From an uncultured virus (IMG/VR IMGVR_UViG_3300032050_000089) (lineage: Duplodnaviria; Heunggongvirae; Uroviricota; Caudoviricetes), in the IMG/VR virus record IMGVR_UViG_3300032050_000089: a stretch of DNA of 64,000 nucleotides, one strand, 5' to 3'. This document shows positions 48,774-58,172 of the stretch, piece after piece (positions within the stretch are counted from its first letter, which is position 1; each line of letters begins with the position of its first letter). The notes beneath the pieces are model-generated. The model searched no databases, was not told the origin of the DNA, and worked only from the letters and a program-made list of their open reading frames with translations. The position numbers and the translations under genes were made by a program.

Positions 48774-51700
48774 CCTTTTTATCTACTTGCTGCTGCGGAT
48801 CTACTATATCACCACCACCCCCAACCGGATGCCAAGATGTTTGTTGCCAATCTTGTTTTTCAGGATCTAGGATTAATGATTGGTCTGGTAATCCAATAGA
48901 TTTAAATGATGATCTTATTTTGTATCAGGGTGTAAAGATTGAAACGGATGGCAAAAGTACAACCCCTACTAATTACAATCTAGAAAATAGTCCGGCTACA
49001 CTTAAACTTCAATATAAAAAAATGGGGTCATATTGGGTTTGGTGGCATCCATCTTACATGTGTAATTATACTACTAATATTCCAGAATGTGAATCCACTG
49101 AATTTACCAGACTTAATCAAGTAAATCCCGATTTAGGTGATTCGGGAGGTGGTCCCGAATATAATTTGCATTTTGGTCGTACACTTGAGGGAGATGTATG
49201 CTCTCATACGTTAATTCCAAATAGGGATGCATCTCCACCAGATGCAGACTCCGAAGATTCATTTAGCACAAATCAACTATACTATGGTGGTGCTGGTCTT
49301 GAAAAAGGATTTAGAGCTTTTTTTAACACAATAAAAGGAGTTGCATATGGAGAAGATCCTTTTATTTTTCGATATCCAACTGAAACAGTTTTTGCTGGTG
49401 TTATAAATGCAAATTCAAATTCAGGTCCTTCTGTGGAAAGTGGATATCCTTGCTCCACGGCTGGTGAAGATGAATGTTGCTATACAGATTCTACGTTTAG
49501 GCAAAAATATGTGGCCGGTACGCCCGCAAGTATAGCAAAAAATGAATATTGTAATCGTATGGGTATTTCTCCTTATAGAAGAAGAATTTTAAGAGAACAT
49601 TACCCATGGGCTTTTCAAATTTTTGCTTATAACAGAGGTTTAGATTGGCCATTCATTAATAATATAAATTACTTTGAACAAAATCAACCAGAAACATCGG
49701 CTTCTGGAAAACAAATAAGTGGAAGTGCTTTTTCAACACCATTAAGACTTCAGTGTTTAGGATTCATACAATGTGAACATCACTGGGGATTGGGCGAGGC
49801 AGGAGCATGTAATAATGCTTATGAAGATGCAAATTTTCCTCTTAGCTTTTTAATACCTAGAAGGTTTATTTATGGCTGTTCAGCAATTCCTTTCTTTGAG
49901 TTTGATCTGCATGAATTCGCAAAAGATTATGGAGCTATAGATGTAAGTAATGTAATTACAAATATGCGTGCCTTTACTGCAATTTTTCCAAATCCAACAG
50001 GAAATTTTGGAATTTATGGTCAACAACCATATCCAGATCAGAATAATACAAATGCGGTAAGACCTATTCTAGGATTGATGGCAGGGCAAAAATTTGTAAA
50101 TATAACAGCTAAAGATTGGAGACAAGAAGCTGTTGAAGAATTAATAATTGCAGAGAGTTATTATAGAGAAGCACTAGGAATTTCTGGTGCAAATTATGAT
50201 TTGTTTGCTGCAATGATGCTTCCAAGACCAATACCTCTTACAGGTACAGTTGAAGATTTAAGAAATTTATCGGATGCACAAAAAACTGAAACAATAGCAA
50301 AAATTTTCGGAACACCACTTGGCCCAATAAGAAAAAGACACCGCGCTTTAAGTGTACCCGGATATTTCGGAGATATAGATTGGGATGTACAATATGTTAG
50401 TATTGAAGCAGGAAATGTTCATAGCGCAGGCCTACGAAGTAACGGCACTTTAAAATGCTGGGGATCTAATGATGCCCAGCAGTCATCAGTGCCAATTATT
50501 GACGATAATATAATAAAATTTTCAGCTGGCGGTGCTCACACAGTAGTACTTACTAATACAAACAATATTATTTCTTGGGGTAGTAATCAATACGGTCAAT
50601 CGTCTATACCAATAGGGTTAACGTCAAGTAGTATATTTGAAATTTCCGCCGGTGGAGCACATACTGTTGCACTTACGTCAAGTGGATTGACATGTTGGGG
50701 AGCGGGACTTGAAAATACTGGAGTAGCCCCAAACTATGGACAAAGTATTATTCCTCCTAATATTGGAACAGTAAACGAGATATCTGCTGGATTACTTCAT
50801 ACTGCGGTACGTTTAGCAAATAATAATGTTATTTGCTGGGGAAACAATCAATATGGACAATCGACAGTACCACCTGATACTAAAGCAAAACAAATATCAG
50901 CTGGCCATTATCACACCTCTGTAATTGGATTAAATGATAAACCAATATGTTGGGGTAGAAATGATTCAAATCAATGTGTTGTTCCTACAGAAATATTAAA
51001 TAATCCTAATGTTGATATAGTTAAAATTTCATCTGGTGGATATCATACTATTGCGTTAGACAACACTGGTGTAGTATATTGTTGGGGTAATAATGATTTT
51101 GGTCAGTGTAATGTTCCGTCAAGTATTGGCCAAGTTATTGACATATCAGCGGGAGAACATTTTAGTATAGCTTTATTGTCCGATGGATCAATTATTGGAT
51201 GGGGAGATAACCAATATGGACAATCTGAGTTGCCCCCCGGCTCTGGTCCAGTTCCAACAGACGTAAATGTCTTCATGCCTTATGATGTTTTAAGTGGAAC
51301 TTATGAATTCCTATTCCAGAATGAAAACGGAGATCCAGTAGAAGAATTGAGACAAATACAAGCAATGACATATGCTAATGTCTTTGCTCCTATTGATGAA
51401 ATAGATTTAAAGGGAAGTTATCCCAATGAAACCGCAGAACAGCGTAATTTAAGAAAATTAAGTCTTATAGCAAAATTATCACAAATTACTTACACATATA
51501 TGCTCATGCTGCCCGGGAAATGGGACTTTTCGGCATGGGGTCCGGGGTTGGCTGGACCGGGAAGTCCTCCACAAGACAATTGGTTTTTTAGAAAATATGG
51601 ATATGTACAAGATCCGGGTAATGGAGCATTTCCTTCCTTTGCGAGAGTTTTAGCTCATTCTCAAATAAATAAATGCATTGCAAATGATCCAAATGAAGGA

Positions 51701-53947
51701 TTTTTAGATTTTGCTTGGAATCCAACCACAAATTGTTTATTCGGAGATTGTGTTTTGCGCCCACCATTTGATGATCCAACAACAGGAATTGCTATTGACC
51801 CATATTGTGGAAGAACAACATATTCCGAAACACCAGATATTTTATTTGCAGCTCATACTTATCCAGTTGAGGGCACTTCACCTATCCAAGATGCTCCATG
51901 TCCTAATGTTCCCGATAACAGATTTTTTATTATACAAGCATATGGAAAGTCTGAATTATCTTTTGTTAGATTTCAAAGTAGAGGCATGACATGGGATGCA
52001 AGTGTTATTCCTCATAGAGTTATTTCAAGAAATGCTGAAGAAATTGAAGAATATAAAACCAAAAATCTTGGTGTCAGATTAACAAAAACTTTTGAAAATT
52101 GCACTATATGTTATTCGCAAGCTTGTTGCGCGCAAGGACAAGATTTTCCATGTCCATCCCCATATCCAGAAAAATTTTCAGCATTTAATGCAAAATGTTC
52201 CGGTGTACCCAGACATAGAATGCCATCGGAAGGAGGAGCAGCAGTTAGTGGTTGTAATGGATTAGTGATTGAAAGTGATGGGGCAAATAGTATTGTTTAT
52301 GACAATGAAATTGACTCAATATCATATGATTTCAATTGGTATGGCCCAATAGCATTTAGAGATCAAAACCCATATAGTTTTCTTCCAACTGATCAAGTAT
52401 TTACAATACCGGGCGTAACGATACAAAATTTACCAGATTGTTTTGGATATGATTTTTGTGATAGCTTCAACAGAACTGTAAACAATTCTCTTAATTCGCT
52501 TTCTAACGAAGGTATTACATGGATATTTGGATTGCCGCCAAATAGATACTGGGAAATACCGGGAGCCACTGGAGGAAATCCACAATATCCTTATAATTTA
52601 CCATACTCAGATTTCGTTGGTATGTTTACCCAAGAATGTTGTGAACTTATGGAAAATTGTCCAGAATGTAAACTTGGCAATAATTTTGCAGAGGACTGTG
52701 CTTATAAAGCTGCAAGATGGTGTAGATGTCCAAAATATCCAGAACAAGGTATTTCCGCATGGGCTGCTAATGGACCAATTACAAATAATGATCCTAATGC
52801 TTTTGGTCCTTGGAATCAAGGATTGTTTGGCGGTGTGTCTGGAATAGTGCTGGGTTATGGGTATAGTCGAAGTGCCGATTATGATTTTAAGAGATGGGAC
52901 AGGGATCCAGCAACTGGAAATATTTTAATTACTCCAAACGGAGGGTTCATAAATTCAGATCAAAATCCTCGTAGTATATTAGAATTTGATACTGATTTTG
53001 AACTTAATTTTATTAATACACTATCCCCTGCTACTGGACGAACATGGGGGATTTGTAGTCCAGTAACTAGCCAAGGAAAAATCATGTTTGGTTCCGATGA
53101 TCAATTTGATTGTTCAAAAATTATGTTTAATATTACAGAGGAACAATTGAGATCTATTGGATTTGTAAATGATGATATGATCAATTTTTATAAAGGAAGT
53201 TTTTGTGGGTGCGAAGGAATAATTGTAGATCGTAATACAAGTAGTGGATACGAAGAATCAGAATTTAATAATGACTGCTATAATTCTGATAATGAGCTAG
53301 GAAATTGTTCACCTCCAAATTATGATGCTATGGGTGGTGGTGGTGGATATACTTTAGGCTCTTACAAATCCGCAGTTATCAATAATCCTCAAACACCCCA
53401 TTATACGATTTGTCGTTATATAGCAAATTCTTTATGTGGCGGATTAAATATTTTCGGTGGTGGTGTTGCGAAATTTAGAGATATAGAAGCTCCTTGCCAT
53501 TTAAAAGGTTCGCTTTGGAATGGCACAGAACTTCCTAGCACTCCAGTAGAACAGCAGGGATTGACGGGAGTAACTTGCTATGGTACACTCGATTATCTTT
53601 ATAGTGGAAGTTGTTATGTCGCTCCTAGTACATATGAAGAACCGGGTTCTGGAAATTTTGTTGCTTGTCAAGACGATGGTATGTTTGGGGCTAACTGTGT
53701 TGACCTATTATCAGGTTTAGAGTTAGATCCTGAAAGTGATTGTTGTAAAGAATGTTTAAATTCTGTTCCACCCGGTGATTTTGTCTCAAGCTTTGACTGT
53801 GCAACAGATTGTAATGTAAGTGATGAAGATATATTTGTATTTGATACTCCAGAAGAACAGCAAAATTCTTTATGGTGGGACCAAAATCAATTTGCGAATT
53901 GGGCACGTTCTTTAGGGCTTATAGGTTGTTGGAAGAAAAAAACATGA
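48770..53947 (+). CDS. Giant Cys-rich protein with internal 7-blade RCC1/BLIP-II-type propeller
   Basis: Seven (I)SAG..H...L......CWG.N.YGQ..VP repeats at ~50390-51240; TCCCG N-terminus, many CC/CxxC. Confidence 0.8.
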   Translation: MTFLSTCCCGSTISPPPPTGCQDVCCQSCFSGSRINDWSGNPIDLNDDLILYQGVKIETDGKSTTPTNYNLENSPATLKLQYKKMGSYWVWWHPSYMCNYTTNIPECESTEFTRLNQVNPDLGDSGGGPEYNLHFGRTLEGDVCSHTLIPNRDASPPDADSEDSFSTNQLYYGGAGLEKGFRAFFNTIKGVAYGEDPFIFRYPTETVFAGVINANSNSGPSVESGYPCSTAGEDECCYTDSTFRQKYVAGTPASIAKNEYCNRMGISPYRRRILREHYPWAFQIFAYNRGLDWPFINNINYFEQNQPETSASGKQISGSAFSTPLRLQCLGFIQCEHHWGLGEAGACNNAYEDANFPLSFLIPRRFIYGCSAIPFFEFDLHEFAKDYGAIDVSNVITNMRAFTAIFPNPTGNFGIYGQQPYPDQNNTNAVRPILGLMAGQKFVNITAKDWRQEAVEELIIAESYYREALGISGANYDLFAAMMLPRPIPLTGTVEDLRNLSDAQKTETIAKIFGTPLGPIRKRHRALSVPGYFGDIDWDVQYVSIEAGNVHSAGLRSNGTLKCWGSNDAQQSSVPIIDDNIIKFSAGGAHTVVLTNTNNIISWGSNQYGQSSIPIGLTSSSIFEISAGGAHTVALTSSGLTCWGAGLENTGVAPNYGQSIIPPNIGTVNEISAGLLHTAVRLANNNVICWGNNQYGQSTVPPDTKAKQISAGHYHTSVIGLNDKPICWGRNDSNQCVVPTEILNNPNVDIVKISSGGYHTIALDNTGVVYCWGNNDFGQCNVPSSIGQVIDISAGEHFSIALLSDGSIIGWGDNQYGQSELPPGSGPVPTDVNVFMPYDVLSGTYEFLFQNENGDPVEELRQIQAMTYANVFAPIDEIDLKGSYPNETAEQRNLRKLSLIAKLSQITYTYMLMLPGKWDFSAWGPGLAGPGSPPQDNWFFRKYGYVQDPGNGAFPSFARVLAHSQINKCIANDPNEGFLDFAWNPTTNCLFGDCVLRPPFDDPTTGIAIDPYCGRTTYSETPDILFAAHTYPVEGTSPIQDAPCPNVPDNRFFIIQAYGKSELSFVRFQSRGMTWDASVIPHRVISRNAEEIEEYKTKNLGVRLTKTFENCTICYSQACCAQGQDFPCPSPYPEKFSAFNAKCSGVPRHRMPSEGGAAVSGCNGLVIESDGANSIVYDNEIDSISYDFNWYGPIAFRDQNPYSFLPTDQVFTIPGVTIQNLPDCFGYDFCDSFNRTVNNSLNSLSNEGITWIFGLPPNRYWEIPGATGGNPQYPYNLPYSDFVGMFTQECCELMENCPECKLGNNFAEDCAYKAARWCRCPKYPEQGISAWAANGPITNNDPNAFGPWNQGLFGGVSGIVLGYGYSRSADYDFKRWDRDPATGNILITPNGGFINSDQNPRSILEFDTDFELNFINTLSPATGRTWGICSPVTSQGKIMFGSDDQFDCSKIMFNITEEQLRSIGFVNDDMINFYKGSFCGCEGIIVDRNTSSGYEESEFNNDCYNSDNELGNCSPPNYDAMGGGGGYTLGSYKSAVINNPQTPHYTICRYIANSLCGGLNIFGGGVAKFRDIEAPCHLKGSLWNGTELPSTPVEQQGLTGVTCYGTLDYLYSGSCYVAPSTYEEPGSGNFVACQDDGMFGANCVDLLSGLELDPESDCCKECLNSVPPGDFVSSFDCATDCNVSDEDIFVFDTPEEQQNSLWWDQNQFANWARSLGLIGCWKKKT

Positions 53948-54438
53948 AATTTAGAATAATAGAAAAAGAAATACACAAAGGAGAAAAAATTGAAGTTCCT
54001 GAAAACAACAACAAAACATCTCCTCTTATTAAATTCCCAACACAAAATAATACAGCTAAAAAAATATCTCCCATTGTAAAAACAAAACTATGGGAAAAAA
54101 TATTATTATATTTTTTATTCGAATTAAATAGCGCATTCACTACAGAAGTATCCAAGAAAGTATTTGAGGCCAGAAAAGAACAATGCCTTAAATGCCCCGG
54201 TCTTGCCAAATCACCACAAGATCCGATAGGGTATTGCAAACTCTGTGGCTGTGGAATGAACCCAAGAGCAAGGTTGACTGTAAAGTTAACTGTTGCTGGA
54301 GCCACATGCCCAAAGAAACTCTGGAAACCAGTACGGGGAAAGTTCTCAGTCAAGAATTTCATGAAGTCACTGCTTGGAATTTCACAGACACTGTGGTATA
54401 ATCTCAAGCAACTATGCAAATTAAAGAAACACAATTAG
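53944..54438 (+). CDS. Cys-rich small protein (DUF6171-like)
   Basis: R...C..CP ... C..CGCG ... KL......CP...W; ATGA overlap with the giant gene's stop. Confidence 0.7.
   Translation: MKFRIIEKEIHKGEKIEVPENNNKTSPLIKFPTQNNTAKKISPIVKTKLWEKILLYFLFELNSAFTTEVSKKVFEARKEQCLKCPGLAKSPQDPIGYCKLCGCGMNPRARLTVKLTVAGATCPKKLWKPVRGKFSVKNFMKSLLGISQTLWYNLKQLCKLKKHN
54374..54402 (+). promoter_or_regulatory. sigma70-type promoter for guaC operon (TTGGAA-N17-TATAAT, extended TG)
   Basis: ttggaa tttcacagacactgtgg tataat, 11 nt before ATG. Confidence 0.65.
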
Positions 54439-55439
54439 ACTATTCGGATGTTCTGATCGTACCGCAACCATCAAAGGTCAACTCAAGATCTGATGTTTCC
54501 CTGATCAGAACTGTGGGTAGAATTCCTTGGACTGGTATTCCAGTCGTTGCAGCTAATATGGCTACGACTGGGACGTTAAACATGGCAGAAGCCCTCACCA
54601 AGCACATGTGGTTGACTTGCTTGCATAAGCATTATACCGCGAATGATCTACAATCACTTGCAAAGGATGTTCAGTATTTTTCTGCGCCGACTATCGGCAT
54701 GGATACGGCATCACAGCAAACATTCTACAAGGTGATGGAAAAGGAAAACTTTTTCAAGTTTGTCTGCATCGATGTGGCAAATGGTTACATCGAAAGTTTC
54801 AAGACACTAGTAAAAAATATTCGTAGTAAGTACGGAGATCGTGTAAATATTATTGCAGGAAATGTTGTCACCCCAGAAGGAGTAGAAGCACTATGGATCG
54901 AAGGAGCAGACTTTGTAAAGGTTGGAATCGGCCCCGGCAGCGCATGTACGACACGCAAGATGACCGGAGTAGGGTATCCCCAGTTTTCGGCGGTTCACCA
55001 TTGCGCCGAAGATGCAAAGAATCTTCCGGGGTTCTCGGGTATAGTCGCGGATGGTGGGTGCGTACATCCCGGTGATGTAGCCAAGGCTTTCGCCGCTGGT
55101 GCTAAGATGGTCATGCTTGGCGGCATGCTAGCAGGCCACGACGAGTCTGGTGGGTGGGAATATGACTATGCACAAGGCAAGTCAGTCCCGACCTTCTATG
55201 GCATGGCATCGGAACATGCAATGACAAATCACTACAATCATCGGCCAGAGTATCGTTGTGCTGAGGGAAAGAAGATTGTGGTTGAAGAGCGCGGTGAAGT
55301 AGCAAATACTGTCAAGGAAATTATGGGTGGGGTTCGCTCTGCTTGCACCTATGTCGGTGCAAGGGATCTAAATGAATTGCACAATAATGCACAATTCGTT
55401 AGAGTAAACAATCAATACAACAAAATTTTTGGAGAATAA
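54414..55439 (+). CDS. guaC: GMP reductase
   Basis: LDYSDVLIVP, IPVVAANM, LHKHY, CIDVANGY, KVGIGPGSACTTR..TGVGYPQ, ADGGC, FYGMAS, RSACTYVGA. Confidence 0.95.
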   Translation: MQIKETQLDYSDVLIVPQPSKVNSRSDVSLIRTVGRIPWTGIPVVAANMATTGTLNMAEALTKHMWLTCLHKHYTANDLQSLAKDVQYFSAPTIGMDTASQQTFYKVMEKENFFKFVCIDVANGYIESFKTLVKNIRSKYGDRVNIIAGNVVTPEGVEALWIEGADFVKVGIGPGSACTTRKMTGVGYPQFSAVHHCAEDAKNLPGFSGIVADGGCVHPGDVAKAFAAGAKMVMLGGMLAGHDESGGWEYDYAQGKSVPTFYGMASEHAMTNHYNHRPEYRCAEGKKIVVEERGEVANTVKEIMGGVRSACTYVGARDLNELHNNAQFVRVNNQYNKIFGE

Positions 55440-55440
55440 C

Positions 55441-55680
55441 ATGTTTGGTGATCCAGAAGAATTTATCAAAAACTTTAATGTTCAAAACCTGTCAGACGAA
55501 GAACTGATGCTGCTGTGGTTAGTGATGTATTTTACCAACTACACCACATACATCGAAGAACTTAATAAAGATCTTCATGAGAAAGCTATTGACTATGCGA
55601 ACGATGAGACTAAGATACCGGGTGTCAGCCTAGTATATACTGACAAATTCGTTACTAAGTCTAAACCTCCCAAGGAATAA
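55441..55680 (+). CDS. Hypothetical protein
   Basis: GGAG SD before ATG 55441; packed in the operon. Confidence 0.65.
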   Translation: MFGDPEEFIKNFNVQNLSDEELMLLWLVMYFTNYTTYIEELNKDLHEKAIDYANDETKIPGVSLVYTDKFVTKSKPPKE

Positions 55681-55681
55681 C

Positions 55682-56203
55682 ATGAACATCTTTGTACTTG
55701 ACCAAGATCCAGTACTTGCAGCCAGTTACATGTGCGATAAGCATGTCGTAAAGATGATCCTTGAAAGTGCTCAAATGCTTTCTACGGTTCATCATCTTTC
55801 TAACAACCCACACAATCTGCCACTTTACAAGAAGTGCTTTGTCAATCATCCATGCACTAAGTGGGCTACAGAATCTTCTGCAAATTACGAATGGCTTGTA
55901 CTACACGCTCGTAGCCTCTGCCACTTCTACAGTAAGCGGTATGAGCGCAATCATAAGTCTGAATCTCTTATCAACGAAATGTTTCAAATGCGACCGAATT
56001 TCATCAACAAAGATATCACGCCATTTGCTCAGGCAATGCCTGATAAATACAAGGTAACTGGTGATGCTGTCCGAGCATATCGTGCTTACTACGTTGGCGA
56101 AAAGAGTAAATTCGCCAAGTGGTCTTGCAATCCCTGTCCGTTTTGGTATACTGATGCAATAAAGGAAAAAGAACATGCAAACACTTATTCTACGTCTTAC
56201 TAG
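55682..56203 (+). CDS. Pyrimidine-dimer DNA glycosylase-like (DenV superfamily) protein
   Basis: MNIF.LD.DP..AA...CDKHVVKMILE.AQMLST, NHPC..W, AMPD.YK, AYR.YY..EK. Confidence 0.8.
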   Translation: MNIFVLDQDPVLAASYMCDKHVVKMILESAQMLSTVHHLSNNPHNLPLYKKCFVNHPCTKWATESSANYEWLVLHARSLCHFYSKRYERNHKSESLINEMFQMRPNFINKDITPFAQAMPDKYKVTGDAVRAYRAYYVGEKSKFAKWSCNPCPFWYTDAIKEKEHANTYSTSY

Positions 56204-56492
56204 TGGTGAAGAACTTATCGGCAAGGTTTCATTTGATGGAGTTGCCGCAACATACACGATTCAGAAGCCATTTATTCTGATTCCTGTCGGTGATGGAAAG
56301 ATTGGTTTCGCTCCATATATGCCATATGCAAACCATGGCGATGGTCTTGAAATTTCTGATATCTTTGTGGTATTCGAAACCGAACCAGTCAAGGAAATGG
56401 AAGCCAAGTATATTGAGGCTTCAACTGGTATCTTTACAGGCAATATGGGATCTGGACCGATTCTAGGTAGCGGTCTACGACTCAGTGAGTAA
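56175..56492 (+). CDS. Small Sm-like hypothetical protein
   Basis: ILRLTSGEELIG ... FAPYMPY; same N-terminal motif as 6523..7251. Confidence 0.7.
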   Translation: MQTLILRLTSGEELIGKVSFDGVAATYTIQKPFILIPVGDGKIGFAPYMPYANHGDGLEISDIFVVFETEPVKEMEAKYIEASTGIFTGNMGSGPILGSGLRLSE

Positions 56493-56498
56493 AGACAT

Positions 56499-56572
56499 AT
56501 TCCCGTAGCTCAATTGGATAGAGCGTGGCACTTCTAATGCTAAGGTTACAGGTTCAATTCCTGTCGGGAATG
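56499..56572 (+). tRNA. tRNA-Arg(UCU)
   Basis: ATTCCCG/CGGGAAT acceptor, GCTC/GAGC D stem, loop CT-TCT-AA, T loop TTCAATT. Confidence 0.93.
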
Positions 56573-56578
56573 TTTATG

Positions 56579-56686
56579 AATCCATCGGCGTGGTAGGAAC
56601 ACGCGGTGTTGACAAGACTCGCTCTAGCGTAAAACCACCTATTCTGTGACAAAGCTAGGTAATGGGTGCAAATCCCATATGGATCT
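56579..56686 (+). ncRNA. Oversized tRNA-like RNA with non-canonical anticodon/variable region
   Basis: ATCCAT/ATGGAT acceptor, GCGT/ACGC D stem, ATGGG-TGCAAAT-CCCAT T arm, ~57 nt between D and T arms. Confidence 0.55.
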
Positions 56687-56688
56687 TT

Positions 56689-56889
56689 ATGAGAAAAAAG
56701 CCACTATATAAAACGACGATTACACTTTGGACAGTGTATGACACAAGATTTAGAAAGCCTATGGATGTTATGGATTATGCGGTAAGGAAAGAATTTGGAT
56801 CTTATTTGGCTAAGATTGATTGCGTAGAAATCAGAGAGCCATTTAAGGACGAAGACTGGAAAGACGAAGCAAATCAATACTTCCATTGA
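56689..56889 (+). CDS. Small hypothetical protein between tRNAs
   Basis: MRKKPLYKTT...; fills the gap exactly. Confidence 0.55.
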   Translation: MRKKPLYKTTITLWTVYDTRFRKPMDVMDYAVRKEFGSYLAKIDCVEIREPFKDEDWKDEANQYFH

Positions 56890-56960
56890 TGGAGATTGGT
56901 GTAACGGTAGCACAACTGACTCTGACTCAGTTTGTCCTAGTTCGAATCTAGGATCTCTAA
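56890..56960 (+). tRNA. tRNA-Gln(CUG)
   Basis: TGGAGAT/ATCTCTA acceptor, ACTGA-CTCTGAC-TCAGT, TTCGAAT. Confidence 0.93.
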
Positions 56961-56963
56961 TTT

Positions 56964-57035
56964 GAGGATGTAACTCAACGGCAGAGTGTGACCCTTCCAT
57001 GGTCAATGTTGCGGGTTCAAGTCCCGTCATCCTCT
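56964..57035 (+). tRNA. tRNA-Gly(UCC)
   Basis: GAGGATG/CATCCTC acceptor, TGACC-CTTCCAT-GGTCA, TTCAAGT. Confidence 0.93.
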
Positions 57036-57036
57036 T

Positions 57037-57110
57037 TCTTCGGTAGCTCAGTTGGTAGAAGCGGAAAGCTGTTAACTTTCATGTCGCTGGTTCGAATCCA
57101 GCCCGAAGAG
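57037..57110 (+). tRNA. tRNA-Asn(GUU)
   Basis: TCTTCGG/CCGAAGA acceptor, GAAAG-CTGTTAA-CTTTC, TTCGAAT; extra A in the D stem. Confidence 0.9.
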
Positions 57111-57112
57111 TT

Positions 57113-57433
57113 ATGTCAACCCTAGAAGAAGAAATCTATGCACTCAAGCGTTGTAAAGAATTCATTTACAGCCTTCTTGATCCAAAACAAACACCAAAAG
57201 TGCCAAAAGAAATTCGTCAACGAGCACGAAATGTGGTAAAACACTATCCTTTGGTGGTTGATGTTTTTGTAGAGAAATACTATAATGAGAAGATAGTCGG
57301 GTCAAAGGCGACTACTTATGATTATTCCAAAATTGAGTACGAAGCTAAACGATATTTTAGAGCAAACGATGCCAATCTGTCTGGAAATGCAGCGACAGAA
57401 GAAGCATGTAAGCCTGATCTTCCACAAGAATAA
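57113..57433 (+). CDS. Conserved phage hypothetical protein
   Basis: L.DPK.TPKVPK.IR.RA....KHYP motif. Confidence 0.7.
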   Translation: MSTLEEEIYALKRCKEFIYSLLDPKQTPKVPKEIRQRARNVVKHYPLVVDVFVEKYYNEKIVGSKATTYDYSKIEYEAKRYFRANDANLSGNAATEEACKPDLPQE

Positions 57434-57713
57434 GCTAGTTTCAATCGGAACTAACCAGTTCAAGACTCATCCACTTGCTCGTAAGTATGGTTATGTCATT
57501 GATTGTGTCCATTCTGAACTGGATGCGTTCAATAAGTTGCCTAAATCATACAAGAAGGGTGACAAAAAGCTGAAACTGATCAATTTTCGTATGAATCGGT
57601 TTCATGAATTGAGGAATTCAAAGCCGTGTAAGCATTGTCTGACATGGTGTGTTGACTTCTTCGATGAGATCTGGTATACTGATGATGAAGGTTTTCAAGA
57701 ATTGGAGGTTTAA
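57318..57713 (+). CDS. Zn-dependent cytidine/dCMP deaminase-like protein
   Basis: HSE ... SKPC..C motif; G.N..KTHP; start uncertain (long overlap with the previous ORF). Confidence 0.8.
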   Translation: MIIPKLSTKLNDILEQTMPICLEMQRQKKHVSLIFHKNKLVSIGTNQFKTHPLARKYGYVIDCVHSELDAFNKLPKSYKKGDKKLKLINFRMNRFHELRNSKPCKHCLTWCVDFFDEIWYTDDEGFQELEV

Positions 57714-57714
57714 C

Positions 57715-57906
57715 ATGTACAAGCACGGCGAACACGTAGTAAATTCACAAAACAACAAGGCTTGCACCATTATGGGAAGCCAGTCAGAGAAGATCAAGAC
57801 CAAGAATGGTATGATCACCGAAGAAGTTGAGTATTTTGTTCGTTATGAGGATGGTTCGACTGATTGGATTCCATCCGAAAACGCCAAGAAGCTTCTTATC
57901 GACTAA
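57715..57906 (+). CDS. Small SH3/Tudor-like hypothetical protein
   Basis: GGAGG SD; MYKHGEHVV ... YFVRYEDG...W. Confidence 0.65.
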   Translation: MYKHGEHVVNSQNNKACTIMGSQSEKIKTKNGMITEEVEYFVRYEDGSTDWIPSENAKKLLID

Positions 57907-58172
57907 TGGCATATCGCATTCACATTGATATTCCACTTGAGGTGGCCTCGCAGGAAGCCGCTATTTCAGCCGCCAAGGCAATCCTAGCCCAGATGACTGG
58001 GCAGGGGGTGCAAGACCTTACCAAGGGGCTTGGCGGCTCCCAGATCAACTATCGGCTTGGTGACGATACTGATCGCCAGAAGAGCAATTATTTGGTTTTG
58101 ACTCCTTCTGGACATGCAACAAACCAAAAATGTAAAATTCTCTTGACAGAGGAGCCATCTTCAGTAGAATGA
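57906..58172 (+). CDS. Hypothetical protein
   Basis: MAYRIHIDIP start overlapping the previous stop (TAATG). Confidence 0.65.
   Translation: MAYRIHIDIPLEVASQEAAISAAKAILAQMTGQGVQDLTKGLGGSQINYRLGDDTDRQKSNYLVLTPSGHATNQKCKILLTEEPSSVE

Noticed and set aside
50390..51240. RCC1 repeats as a DGR target or DNA-level repeat array
   Set aside because: Repeats are diverged at nucleotide level; no reverse transcriptase or template repeat seen in the window
56615..56635. CT-CTA-GC as an amber-suppressor anticodon, implying TAG recoding
   Set aside because: No proper 5-bp anticodon stem flanks it; conserved genes are uninterrupted in the standard code and TAG is used as a stop
56704..57030. Minus-strand 108-aa ORF (MTGLEPATL...)
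   Set aside because: Typical antisense translation of tRNA genes
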